Assembly: GCA_048881705.1 (NCBI GenBank)
Contig: JBHLSH010000002.1
Coordinates: 122,487-186,486 of the forward strand
DNA: 64,000 nucleotides
Source of the DNA: Candidatus Heimdallarchaeota archaeon
Lineage (GTDB): Archaea; Asgardarchaeota; Heimdallarchaeia; Hodarchaeales; Hodarchaeaceae
Direction of reading: 5' to 3'
Of this stretch, positions 9,449 through 19,688 are shown piece by piece; the first letter of the stretch is position 1; every line of letters starts with the position of its first letter. Position numbers and translations under genes: made by a program. The notes below the pieces were generated by a model, which saw only the letters and a program-made list of their open reading frames with translations, was not told the DNA's origin and did not search any database.

Positions 9449-10585
9449 ATGGTATCACTGATGACACAGACGATTCGCATTGCAGGGGCGGGAATTTCAG
9501 GCCTTTCTGCCGCCATCTCGATCGCACAAGGAGACAATGGGCGACATATCGAAGTTAGAGACAAGGCTAGTTCCTATCATGCCAAACAAGCACGCGGGAT
9601 AAATGCCCTTCGAAACTATCAATCTAAAACGGACATTCTTGAGGAATATCGCCAATTGGGATTCAAATTTCATACAGGAAACGTCTTTCATCCTATTCAT
9701 AATCAGATCTATTTTATAGATACCAATCATTATTTTGATGTTACCTCAGACGAGAAGCCGCTTTTCTACTCAGTTGCACGAGGTACGGAAGAAAGCATAG
9801 ATGCCTTGCTCGTGGAACAAGCGGAAGGGCATGGGATTGATATTCGATGGGGGTTAACTTTCGATGGCGAAACCCCAGAAATTCTCGCCACGGGAGCAAA
9901 ATATAGCCACTGTTTTGGATATGGACAGCACTTCGTGGATGTCAAGGAAACCGATACTATCGTAATCCTCCAAAATTCCAAATACAGTCCCTTCGGGTAT
10001 GCGTGTTATCTACCGTCAGCGAAACACGAGGCATCCGTAATACTAGGATCATTTCATCCTTCTCATCCATCTTCCAAAGACACTAAACAAAACTATCATC
10101 GAATTATTACTGAAATCCCACTGTTTAGTGATTATCTTGAAGGTGCTTCAGTAATACATACGTTATCTGGAAAGGGTAATTTCGGAATACCCAGTTCTGC
10201 GATCCAAGGAAAATCTCTCTTGGTTGGAGAACGTGCAGGGTTCTTAGAAGCCTTTAGAGGATTTGGCATCCACACTGCCCTTCTATCGGGATATGCAGCT
10301 GGTAAGGCCCTAGTAAATGGCAAAAATTATGATGACCAGTGGCAATTACTGCTCAACAAGATTCTTCACCGTGGGCTTTTACGGCGGATGGCGGAGAATG
10401 AACTAAACATTGGTTCAGAAGATATAATGAGAAAGTTAGCATCTCAACTTCCCCGCAAAATTAGCTACGACGTATTTCGTCGTGCTTTGCGGGAACAGGA
10501 AAAAAAGATGCTCGGAAATCTTGACCCGCATAAGTTAGCCCTACTAACTCAAGCTGTCGAGCAATGGAACCGTGAGTATTGGTAG
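9449..10585 (+). CDS. FAD-dependent oxidoreductase, geranylgeranyl-reductase-like
   Basis: IAGAGISGLSAA (GxGxxG), GY..YLP, LLVGERAGF.....GFGI..A..SG..A (FAD-binding GD-type motif). Confidence 0.8.
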   Translation: MVSLMTQTIRIAGAGISGLSAAISIAQGDNGRHIEVRDKASSYHAKQARGINALRNYQSKTDILEEYRQLGFKFHTGNVFHPIHNQIYFIDTNHYFDVTSDEKPLFYSVARGTEESIDALLVEQAEGHGIDIRWGLTFDGETPEILATGAKYSHCFGYGQHFVDVKETDTIVILQNSKYSPFGYACYLPSAKHEASVILGSFHPSHPSSKDTKQNYHRIITEIPLFSDYLEGASVIHTLSGKGNFGIPSSAIQGKSLLVGERAGFLEAFRGFGIHTALLSGYAAGKALVNGKNYDDQWQLLLNKILHRGLLRRMAENELNIGSEDIMRKLASQLPRKISYDVFRRALREQEKKMLGNLDPHKLALLTQAVEQWNREYW

Positions 10586-10696
10586 TTTGCTTTTCATTTC
10601 ACTAATTCCTTAATTTCAAAATTCATTAAAGGGAGGTTAGTAAGGAACTCCTAGATACTAGGTTATTATGATTACCCGGTTTTACTGGTGATATAA

Positions 10697-13600
10697 TTGT
10701 CATTCGTCCTTGACCCTCCCACACTATTTGTTATCGGTATGATTCTTGCAGTATTGAATAAGAAATTCCTCCCCGCACAGTTAACAAGGATATTAGGGTT
10801 TCTTGTGGTCTTAATATTCTGGTGGGCTAGTATTGGCCTGTATCTAGACCTTTTCATGTGGCCTTTCAACTTGTTCGATTGGACGCCACCGAAGTTGTTT
10901 GAACCTATCGGTGGAAAACAGTGGATGCTTCACACGGATCTGACTGGGATAACAGATATCCCGACCATATTAGCAGCTCTTATTTTCGCCCTATATCCCT
11001 TATTCCTTTGGTTAGGTTATGAGATCACGCGGGGAATAATCGATCCTCATTCTATTCGAATCGTATCGAAACGAGTGTACGGTACGGATGATGTACGCTC
11101 ACGACTTCGCGCGAGGCAAAAGAATGCTCCAGTTCTCTTATCGACCGTAAGAAATCCTGACCCTAAAAAAGCGGTACGAGAAGCGGTGAGGTTGGTGGGT
11201 GGAATTATTAAATTTATTAAACCTGGTGATCATGTAGTCATTAAACCAAATATTAGTGGGGGTAATCCCGAGGTACCAGGATCCTATACATCAATTGAAG
11301 TTGTTGATGTCTTGATTGATATGATTCGTGAAGTGGGGGGAATTCCGACAGCTGTCGTCGATTCTGATATGGTCTGGACCGATTTTGAGGATGTAGCAAG
11401 AGCAGAGGGGTGGATGGAATGGAGTAAACACAAGGACATTCCTCTGATTAATTTAAGAAAGACAGACTGTGTTCGATTCGATTTCGGAAAACAATCAAAG
11501 ATTGGTATTTCTGTTGTTTCTAAATTGATGCTTGACGCAGATGTAATTGTTTCTATTCCTAGTATGAAGACTCACTTGCTAACAGGCGTAACCTTAGGAA
11601 TGAAGAATTTCTATGGAACCCTTCCCGAGGGGGATAAAGCAAAATATCATAAAACTGGAATAGAGGACGTTATTGTAGATATGAATATAGCCTTCCCTCC
11701 CACATTAACCATTATTGATGGAAGTGTTGGAGGCGAAGCAATAGGACCATTAACGTGCCGTCCAGTAAATTTTCAGACGGTAATCGTATCTAACGATGTA
11801 GTTACCGCTGATGCTTTGGCTGCATTCATGATGGGATTCGACCCCGTAAATGAGATCGAACACATCAAAAAGGCACATCACCTTGGTCTCGGAAACGCGA
11901 GCGTTACCTTTGATTGGAGTTCATTTCCGTATCCACACAAAAAGGACGGTAATTGGATTAGGACTGATCCACAGGTAAGTCAATTCTATAATGAAGCTAT
12001 CGAATTGGCGCTAGAAATTCCAACAATGAAAAAGTTCATGAATGCGGCCTCTGATTTTCTTTTATACGATACTGCCACGCTTCCCGTCTTTAAAAATGTA
12101 ACACCGGCCGTTCTCGGTGTCGTGGGAGACATCATTTCAGGTGTTTTCAACATATGGGGTAAGATGCGGGGGGGAAGGAAAAAAACCCGAATCGCCAGTA
12201 AAATCGAGGAAAAGTTGTATCCCCAACGAATTACAGGAGAAGCTTGGCCAAGCAAGAAACTTCAGGACACTTTATTGGCCATACGGGGTACGACAGAATT
12301 TCAACACAATCCAACAATGGAAAACGCTATTGATCTCACCCCGACTCAACCAAAAGAAGCTAGTGAGCTGGGGCAGACTTTCAATCCAGAAATCCTCCTT
12401 GAGGGTGTAGAGCTTCGTAGTGAGGCCAACACATTTAGTGGGATGATGTATCGAGTTCTTGAAAATCCTCAGAACCTGAATGAACGTTGTATTCAATATA
12501 TATATACATGGACGTCGCAAAAATGGTTTTGGAGCAATTGGTATAACATATTGGTTCCATTTTTCTTGGCCGCTCTTGGAATCATCATCTTCACTCAAAC
12601 TGCCGAGGAAAGCTGGTTTTGGACCGAATTAACCATAGGATTCACGGTCGGATTTCTCCTCCTTGCGGGACTCTGGCGGGTTTTGAGAACAATTCGCGGA
12701 TGGAGGCAGACAGGGAAATTTAAATATATTTACCGCCATCAATTCATCCTAATCCCGTATGCTGCCCTTTTCTCTGTAATCCTGGTTGAACTGCCTTCCA
12801 AGTGGGCAGGAACAACATATCTACCTCCCATTCCAACAGGAGACCCCCTAATCGGAACGATCTATATTCCTGCTGTTTCTTTGGTTTTCATTGTAATCCC
12901 AATATTGGTGCTTTTAATCAAACTCCAACCATTCTTCTCCATATTCGCACATAAGATCGATTATGCGCCTGCTTTTGTTTATATCAAGAAAGAAAACGAG
13001 CATTGGGTATTTGATAAGGTTAGATATGATAAGTTCCACCATGATGTTGCAACTAGACGAAGAAAGGAGCTAGGCGGGAAATTACGTGATAATCAGCACG
13101 TCAAACTGGCCATACCTGATAGTTGGCATTCCATGGGACCTACAAGAGGATTTGGGAGATTTTGGTCAGCATTCGGATTTCTAGGCTTTCTAGCCTGCTA
13201 CGCGATTCTTTTAATTGCGAGAATTCAATATCCATCACTCGTTGAAGGAATGGATCTCGTTGGAACTTTAGTCGCTATTAGTCTTCTGTTTGCATACATC
13301 TTTTTTACGAAATATCAGAGTAGACTTCATAAAATGTCCTCAGAAGACTTTATGGACAAGAAGTACAGTCTGAGTCAAGAAAAGTTAGCAATCTTATGGA
13401 ACCTAGCTGATCCCGACCCTGCCTTAAAGATCAGACAGAAAATGCAGGACCCGTTCAATGCTAGTTCTTCGTTCTGGGAGAGTTTTTTCGATATGAAAGA
13501 GGAGCATATCGTCCAGGATGAACTTAACGCGGTTCGAACTCGCACGGGAAGACTTCTTAGCTTTGGTTTTGGAGTTATAACTGTTTTGTTGGCATGGGGA

Positions 13601-14353
13601 GGCTTTTATTTAGCTGGTTTTTGGGATCATTCCTGGACGATGCTTCAAACCCCCGAATATGGTTGGACATTGGCGTTTTTGATTGGTTTCTTCCTGGCTT
13701 CCTTGGGATATTTGATTGCATCCTCGAAACTCCCCTTTAGATCGTTTTTCATTATGTATGTGCTTGTGGTCTTCTGGGCTTGGGGTGAGGAGGGCATTTT
13801 CACCACAATAAATTTCTGGAATTACTTGGATGGGGATCCCCTCCGTTTGCTATTCATCGTCTTTGGTTGGCCATTTGTTTTCCTCCTGGTCATCGGAATG
13901 TCAAATTGGATCTTGAAGTACATTCAGCTATCAGATAGCACCGGCGGCATCATTACTAGGATAAAAAACGTCGTTCCTGTTTTATTTCTTATAGGATTAT
14001 TTGGTGTCTTATCTGTATCAGAAAACATATTGGATGCGCTTTTAGCCCTGGACCAGACGTATATGTTATTGGTTAGTGGGATAATCGGCCTTTTGATTAT
14101 TTTCACCCTGTTATTTGGTATAACACATACTTTCAAACAGAACATAGTTTTAACAATCATGGCTATGTTTGCAGGAGCGACTCTCGAGATTATAGGTCAG
14201 TTGGCCGGGTATTGGACATATGCTGCCATTTTCCTGACTGGTCCTTATACTATAGTCGTTCCAAACTTCCTCATCATAATATGGGCATTTCGTGTGTTTT
14301 CAATTCTCTTTCTTACCCAAATCCTCCGCCAGCATATCATCAGGTCAAGCTAG
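10697..14353 (+). CDS. Large membrane protein containing a DUF362 domain
   Basis: About 3 N-terminal TMs. DUF362 motifs VVIKPN, VSIPSMKTH..TGVTLGMKN.YG, TIIDG...GP and NDVVTADA. More than 10 further TMs follow in the C-terminal half. Confidence 0.85.
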   Translation: MSFVLDPPTLFVIGMILAVLNKKFLPAQLTRILGFLVVLIFWWASIGLYLDLFMWPFNLFDWTPPKLFEPIGGKQWMLHTDLTGITDIPTILAALIFALYPLFLWLGYEITRGIIDPHSIRIVSKRVYGTDDVRSRLRARQKNAPVLLSTVRNPDPKKAVREAVRLVGGIIKFIKPGDHVVIKPNISGGNPEVPGSYTSIEVVDVLIDMIREVGGIPTAVVDSDMVWTDFEDVARAEGWMEWSKHKDIPLINLRKTDCVRFDFGKQSKIGISVVSKLMLDADVIVSIPSMKTHLLTGVTLGMKNFYGTLPEGDKAKYHKTGIEDVIVDMNIAFPPTLTIIDGSVGGEAIGPLTCRPVNFQTVIVSNDVVTADALAAFMMGFDPVNEIEHIKKAHHLGLGNASVTFDWSSFPYPHKKDGNWIRTDPQVSQFYNEAIELALEIPTMKKFMNAASDFLLYDTATLPVFKNVTPAVLGVVGDIISGVFNIWGKMRGGRKKTRIASKIEEKLYPQRITGEAWPSKKLQDTLLAIRGTTEFQHNPTMENAIDLTPTQPKEASELGQTFNPEILLEGVELRSEANTFSGMMYRVLENPQNLNERCIQYIYTWTSQKWFWSNWYNILVPFFLAALGIIIFTQTAEESWFWTELTIGFTVGFLLLAGLWRVLRTIRGWRQTGKFKYIYRHQFILIPYAALFSVILVELPSKWAGTTYLPPIPTGDPLIGTIYIPAVSLVFIVIPILVLLIKLQPFFSIFAHKIDYAPAFVYIKKENEHWVFDKVRYDKFHHDVATRRRKELGGKLRDNQHVKLAIPDSWHSMGPTRGFGRFWSAFGFLGFLACYAILLIARIQYPSLVEGMDLVGTLVAISLLFAYIFFTKYQSRLHKMSSEDFMDKKYSLSQEKLAILWNLADPDPALKIRQKMQDPFNASSSFWESFFDMKEEHIVQDELNAVRTRTGRLLSFGFGVITVLLAWGGFYLAGFWDHSWTMLQTPEYGWTLAFLIGFFLASLGYLIASSKLPFRSFFIMYVLVVFWAWGEEGIFTTINFWNYLDGDPLRLLFIVFGWPFVFLLVIGMSNWILKYIQLSDSTGGIITRIKNVVPVLFLIGLFGVLSVSENILDALLALDQTYMLLVSGIIGLLIIFTLLFGITHTFKQNIVLTIMAMFAGATLEIIGQLAGYWTYAAIFLTGPYTIVVPNFLIIIWAFRVFSILFLTQILRQHIIRSS

Positions 14354-14381
14354 GATAATCTTCATGTGACCTACCCTTAGA

Positions 14382-14403
14382 GGCCTTTTTTTCGAAAAAA
14401 GCC
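14382..14403. terminator. Short inverted repeat after the 1218-aa gene
   Basis: GGCC-T7-CG-A6-GCC, about 30 nt after the stop at 14353. Confidence 0.3.
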
Positions 14404-14921
14404 CAGTACTTTAAGAAACCATTCAGTGACCCAGTTACTCTCTTGAAAGAAATAATATTGGGCCCCTATAGGATTTACCCTCTCATTTGACCATTTGTAC
14501 AAAGCAAAGGTTTAAAAACTTCCTATGGGTTACAATCTTGCCATTCCAAAGAAGGATTGAAATGGAATCGAGGGTGGAAGGGAGGACCTGAGGGTTGGAG
14601 GGAAGGAGGCGTCGGCGGGGGGTGTTTTTCTTTTTTTCCAACATGATATCCAGAGCTCATGATCGATTTACGAAATTCATAGCAGTTTTTCTCCAAAATG
14701 ACGAGTGCAGATGAGCTTAAATATGGCAATTTTCTAACCAAAATCGATCAATAACTAGCAAAGTTTATCGAAACATTTTTAGACCCCTTTTTTGATTTTG
14801 CAACAAGAGAGCCTGTAGAGGCAAGTTCATTTGATGAAAATTTTCTTGTAGGAACTCTTGTAAATGAGCATATGAGAGACATTATCAGATCGGTTTCACG
14901 CGGGAAAAATCTCACAAAATT

Positions 14922-15515
14922 GTGTCGGTAATCAGACACATTGGGGTCGAAATATTGACATATAGCTATTTTGAACTAGCTTCTGTTTTAAAACAGTTAC
15001 TAGGGTGGACTTCTGAGCAAGCCCAAGAGGGAGCACGTTTAATTGATGAATTGACTCCTGATGAAGTTTTAGCGAGTTTAAAAGCGGTGTCAAAGCTTCA
15101 AACTTCAAAACCAACAGTAGGAAGACCGAAATCTTATGCACTAGCATGGATTTTACTCCAAAATAATCTTGTAACGCTCGAAGAGTTCGAAACGCTTGTA
15201 CATCGGCAGTTGGTAGATCAAGAAATCAAGCGTGATACCTTTTATCGGGCGATGAGAAACGCAAGGAAATTTATTAGTCAGCGAGATCAGCTTAGAAGGG
15301 AAAGCGAGAAGCTGACCAGTTACGAAAGCATCTGGATTTCATTTCAAGCCAATCGTCTTTCTCCAGAGCAGTTCAAACTTAAAATGTTGGAATTATATAA
15401 TAATGGAGTAATTGCGGAGGAAAAGTACCGACATGCCCTAGTTGAGATTGAAAAAATCATAGCCATCCAAAAACGTATGATTGAGCATCAAATCGAAGAA
15501 ATACGGAAAAAATGA
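14922..15515 (+). CDS. Hypothetical helical protein, possibly DNA-binding
   Basis: 197-aa ORF with charged helical composition and a coiled-coil C-terminus; weak resemblance to a TFB cyclin repeat (see findings). Confidence 0.65.
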   Translation: MSVIRHIGVEILTYSYFELASVLKQLLGWTSEQAQEGARLIDELTPDEVLASLKAVSKLQTSKPTVGRPKSYALAWILLQNNLVTLEEFETLVHRQLVDQEIKRDTFYRAMRNARKFISQRDQLRRESEKLTSYESIWISFQANRLSPEQFKLKMLELYNNGVIAEEKYRHALVEIEKIIAIQKRMIEHQIEEIRKK

Positions 15516-15634
15516 GAGTTTAGGGTATCTACTTTTACGGGAGAAGGGTACGGCCAAACCGATCCAGAAGTTCCCAATGGTTTTTAGATCTATTACAAAA
15601 GACGGGCATTTCAATGGAATTTCGGTGAATAACA

Positions 15635-16414
15635 ATGCTAGAAGGTCTTACAGTAAGTATTGGGGTTTTTATCCTTGTTGGTCTTATCACCTTAGTGGGG
15701 GCACGATATACGGTGCATATTGATTCTCCCCGTGCGCTGATCGGTGCGTATATCTTGTTTCTTACTCTTGCCCAGTTTTTTGCGGCGAAAATTGCTAGTT
15801 TTGACTTTGGATTTATAGCAGTAGTCGCGCCTGTTGGAGTAATTGTGTTTCCATTCACCCTCCAAATAACAGATATGGTAAACGAGAGATTTGGGCGGCA
15901 AAAAGTATATGAGATGATTTGGATTGCATTAGCAAGTCAGATATGTATGGTTGCTCTTCTATTGCTAGCTACCATGTTACCTATGGCATTTCCAGATCCT
16001 GATCCCTTGACGAGTTTTGCCATTGTTCCCTCGATTACGATGGCATCCTGGATAGCGTTCTTGGTCAGTGAACGCTTCGATGCATGGATTTATGACCTCA
16101 TTAGGGGATGGATCGATTCTACGCAAGAATGGTATAAGTACCTGTGGATAAGGAACGTGATCAGTGATATTCTAAGCCTAGCGTTAGATTCCATAATTTT
16201 TGTACCCTTGGCCTTTAATCTTCTCCCCACGGCGCTTGGAGCTGTTGACCCCGCGGCTTTAGACCTTGTTACTCCGTGGGATGTGATCATTACGTTGGTT
16301 ATTGGCCAAATCATTGCGAAATGGTTCCTAGGTTTAATTGACACTCCGTTTATGTACTTAACAAGATGGATTTACGAAATGTCACCCTCAAAAACCATCC
16401 ACACTGACTCCTAA
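15635..16414 (+). CDS. yhhQ: Queuosine-precursor (preQ0/preQ1) transporter, YhhQ/VUT family
   Basis: AAKI, G.IVFPFT.QITDMVNE.FG, ASWIAFLVSE.FD.WIY, W.RN..S...S...DS.IF...AF, K......DTPF.Y. Confidence 0.9.
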   Translation: MLEGLTVSIGVFILVGLITLVGARYTVHIDSPRALIGAYILFLTLAQFFAAKIASFDFGFIAVVAPVGVIVFPFTLQITDMVNERFGRQKVYEMIWIALASQICMVALLLLATMLPMAFPDPDPLTSFAIVPSITMASWIAFLVSERFDAWIYDLIRGWIDSTQEWYKYLWIRNVISDILSLALDSIIFVPLAFNLLPTALGAVDPAALDLVTPWDVIITLVIGQIIAKWFLGLIDTPFMYLTRWIYEMSPSKTIHTDS

Positions 16415-16423
16415 CTTTGGACT

Positions 16424-18583
16424 CTAGATCAATTTTTCTGCCAATCTTTCGAGGATCGTTTCTACTGGTAAAAGCGTGCCGTTCAAGTAGACGTGTGGGT
16501 AATGTAAGGAGTAATGATGTAATCCCACTCCAAATTGGACAACCAATCTATCTTCCTTTCTGATATCTCGCTGTAATGGCAACTTGCTAATTTCAGCTAT
16601 TTTTTCCTCTATTTCTCGTTCAATTATTGGGAGGAGTCCCGACCAGGAAATTTCTATTGGTTCGTGTCTACGTTGTTTACAAACAAAAATGGCATCAAAC
16701 TCAATACTTGATTTCCCCCTAATTTGGGTTGACGTCTTCATTTCAGACCATACTGGATATACTGCTACGATATAAAAGCCATTTTCCAAAATACTTTGGG
16801 TCATTACTGCCCATGCCTCTACCTTTTTATGATGGAAGGTGAAGATCATTAGACCTTCGGGTTTTAAAACTCGCCTAACTTCGTTAAATACCGAACTGAG
16901 TTCTTTCTGGAAATCCTGTGTCGTTTTTTTTCTGGTGATATTTGTTATGATCTCGGCCTTTTTGGGAGAAAAGGGTGGTTGGAACCAGGGGTAGGTCTTT
17001 TTTAGACCAAGGCGGAGCCAAACGTAATAGAAATCGGCCAATTCGCCGTATTGAACATTGCCTGCGTATGGTGGATCTGTAATAACTAAATCAATTGTAT
17101 CTGTGGGAACATCTAACTCTTGAGATGAAGAACAATAAAGTAACACAGAACTAGCATTTGAATCTGTTTCTTTTCGGCCGATATCTCGGTAAGAGGCAAC
17201 GACATTTCCCTTAATGGGCCTCTTCATTACTCGTCGCTTCGATTCGCCCGATGCTGTAATGTAATATTCATAGGGGTTTTTACAATACTCTTTTATTCGA
17301 ATGGTTTTTGCAAAAAAATTCCTAAATGTTCCAGTGCCGTAACGAGCTCCCCACACATTATTTTCAACAGGATTTAACGCATTTACATAGGCGTGTTTTC
17401 GATAGAGATTATAGATGTAGTGATTCTTACGGTGATATTCACACAAAAGATTCTGATATTCTAGGGCAGTAGAAAACGTAAGCAAGAAAAATTCTCGGAC
17501 GTTCTCGTCTGCGATCCGTAAAATCGCGTCTAATAGCTTACCTAGAGATAGTAACTGCCGTTCATTGAACATCTCTGCAAACGTGTTGATGCCGTGGTTG
17601 TGTAGCTCTTTAGTTTTATCCCCTGGAGGGATTTCTTGAGACGGGATAGGGAGCATATTTTTCATGGCTGTCCATTCGGTTTTTGCTTTTTCAAACAGAA
17701 GTAGATCGGCGTTTCCTGCACGCTTATACCTACGTTTCATGCAGGAGGAGCAATAATATTCTATAGCATACAACCGCATACGCCTTTTCTGCGATAAATT
17801 TGCAGATACTATTCTGCTTGAATGATTACAAGCTGGACATTGATAAAAACCACGTCTCGCGGTGAACTCGGTAGGATCGAAATTTTTTGCACAGTCGGGA
17901 CATTCGATTTGTGCTATGGCATCAGATGTAAAAACCTGTTCACATTTGGGACAAATAACGTATATTGACGATTTCTTTTTATCGTAGGCGAAGATGTAAC
18001 TGCGAAACAAGGCAATCTCTGCTTTGCAGCTTTCGCAGTTGATTTCTTTTATCCAGAAATAATACATAACGTCAGCATCGAGAGAACAGACATCACAGGA
18101 CGTCTTGTAGTATTCCAGCAACTGATCTCTTAGAGCTGACGATAGCTTTTGAAATTCTGCTTCAAGAATACTTAAATCAACAGAATCCATGCTTTTTTTT
18201 ACAGTAAACCATGCTACAGGGTTTAAATCACCTCCAATGACTTTACCAAATCCTAAACGAACTGCCTCAAGGATAGTGGTGCCCCCTCCCATAAAAGGAT
18301 CCAGAACAGATAATTCGGAAAAATTATATTCTTTTAGATATGCCTGCCAGAAATCTTTTTCACTCCCAGGCAGATGTTGCCCAGATAGATTGGTTCCGCT
18401 GTAGATCAGGATCGCCCTGAAGACGGAACCTAAACGGCGGGCAAACCATTTATGCAGCGTTAGGACTGGTCTGTAATATCGTTTCGCGTTACTTTCCCTG
18501 TAGGCTAGCTTGCTTACTAATGTATAAGGAAAAAACTGCTCAATTGTTTTTTCAATTGAATGAGAGGGAGGACTATCTGCCAT
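16424..18583 (-). CDS. DUF1156-type adenine DNA methyltransferase with Zn-ribbon insert (paralog B)
   Basis: LHKWFARRLGS, VLDPFMGGGT, DLNPVA, six CxxC pairs, ITDPPY, F.EVRRVLKP.G..IFTFHH. Confidence 0.9.
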   Translation of the reverse strand: MADSPPSHSIEKTIEQFFPYTLVSKLAYRESNAKRYYRPVLTLHKWFARRLGSVFRAILIYSGTNLSGQHLPGSEKDFWQAYLKEYNFSELSVLDPFMGGGTTILEAVRLGFGKVIGGDLNPVAWFTVKKSMDSVDLSILEAEFQKLSSALRDQLLEYYKTSCDVCSLDADVMYYFWIKEINCESCKAEIALFRSYIFAYDKKKSSIYVICPKCEQVFTSDAIAQIECPDCAKNFDPTEFTARRGFYQCPACNHSSRIVSANLSQKRRMRLYAIEYYCSSCMKRRYKRAGNADLLLFEKAKTEWTAMKNMLPIPSQEIPPGDKTKELHNHGINTFAEMFNERQLLSLGKLLDAILRIADENVREFFLLTFSTALEYQNLLCEYHRKNHYIYNLYRKHAYVNALNPVENNVWGARYGTGTFRNFFAKTIRIKEYCKNPYEYYITASGESKRRVMKRPIKGNVVASYRDIGRKETDSNASSVLLYCSSSQELDVPTDTIDLVITDPPYAGNVQYGELADFYYVWLRLGLKKTYPWFQPPFSPKKAEIITNITRKKTTQDFQKELSSVFNEVRRVLKPEGLMIFTFHHKKVEAWAVMTQSILENGFYIVAVYPVWSEMKTSTQIRGKSSIEFDAIFVCKQRRHEPIEISWSGLLPIIEREIEEKIAEISKLPLQRDIRKEDRLVVQFGVGLHHYSLHYPHVYLNGTLLPVETILERLAEKLI

Positions 18584-18649
18584 ACTGTGCTCACACAGTT
18601 GAATTGGTCAAAGGTTAAATTAAGACTTTATAAACTGAGAATAATTTTC

Positions 18650-19654
18650 TCAGGAAGTCGGAATGTGAATTCCAAATGCTAATACCGGCAAATAAATAAG
18701 GGCAGCAAATACTGCTGATACAGGAGTGGTTATCACCCAGCTTAATCCGATTTCTTTCAGTGAATCCCTATCAACTTTCTCTTTATTCACAAAACCAACG
18801 CCAATGAAGGCTGCAACTAAAATGTGGGATCCTGATAAGGGTATCCCCATCAATGTCCCAAAAAACATTATGAAGCTTACTGAAATCGATGCTGATAGAG
18901 CGGATGTTGGAGAAAGTGCAACTACATCAGAGGAAAGCTTTTTCACTACCCTCCTCCCAATCAATATGACCCCTAAACACATGCCCAATCCTCCCGCGAA
19001 TAAGGCTGGGAAAGGATCCGCGATGAACTCCTCTATGGCCATTAAAGGTCCAATAGCCTTGGCTACGTCGTTTCCAGCGCGACTGAAAACGGAAACCAGA
19101 AGAAAGACGGCCAAAGCATAAGAGGCCATTTTTTCTTGACGTTCATAATCTGAATACCCCTTCGTTTTGATACGACTCCTACCTTTCATTATAAGCCAGT
19201 AAAAAACGAACCCACCAATTAAACCAAGTAAGGGAGAAATAATCCAGCTCATAGCTACCCAGAACAATGTCCCATAATTTAGGCCACTAAATCCCCCTCC
19301 TGGTGCAAGTAGAACAACCCCAATCACGGATCCTACTACACTTTGTGTTGTACTGATGGGAACACCTTTGATTGATACGATAAACAACCAGATAGCCATA
19401 GAAATGAGTATTACAAACACCATTTCCAAGGTTAAAGTAAAAGTGGCGAATTTATTGCCAACAGTTTTTGACACAGATTGGCCTAAGATGAAGACCCCAA
19501 ATAGATTAAATATCCCCCCAAGTAATACCGCCAAACTCAATGTCAATAAACCTGCACCAACTGCGGGTGTCATTGTTTCATCATTGGCGCCGATCGCAAT
19601 GGCGACAACAAATCCGAGTACGAGCGAACCATATAGGATGATTGGATCAGTCAT
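18650..19654 (-). CDS. pit: Inorganic phosphate transporter, PiT family
   Basis: IGAND and AGNDVAKAIG signature motifs, GVPISTTQSVVGS, GIPLSGSH. Confidence 0.92.
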   Translation of the reverse strand: MTDPIILYGSLVLGFVVAIAIGANDETMTPAVGAGLLTLSLAVLLGGIFNLFGVFILGQSVSKTVGNKFATFTLTLEMVFVILISMAIWLFIVSIKGVPISTTQSVVGSVIGVVLLAPGGGFSGLNYGTLFWVAMSWIISPLLGLIGGFVFYWLIMKGRSRIKTKGYSDYERQEKMASYALAVFLLVSVFSRAGNDVAKAIGPLMAIEEFIADPFPALFAGGLGMCLGVILIGRRVVKKLSSDVVALSPTSALSASISVSFIMFFGTLMGIPLSGSHILVAAFIGVGFVNKEKVDRDSLKEIGLSWVITTPVSAVFAALIYLPVLAFGIHIPTS

Positions 19655-19688
19655 GGAAATTCCACTGAAGTTTGGTTAGAAGATGAAA

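Noticed and set aside
15635-18583. yhhQ next to DNA MTases as a 7-deazaguanine DNA-modification (dpd) system
   Set aside because: The genes are convergent and no dpdA/TGT or que genes are present. preQ0 salvage for archaeosine is the simpler explanation.
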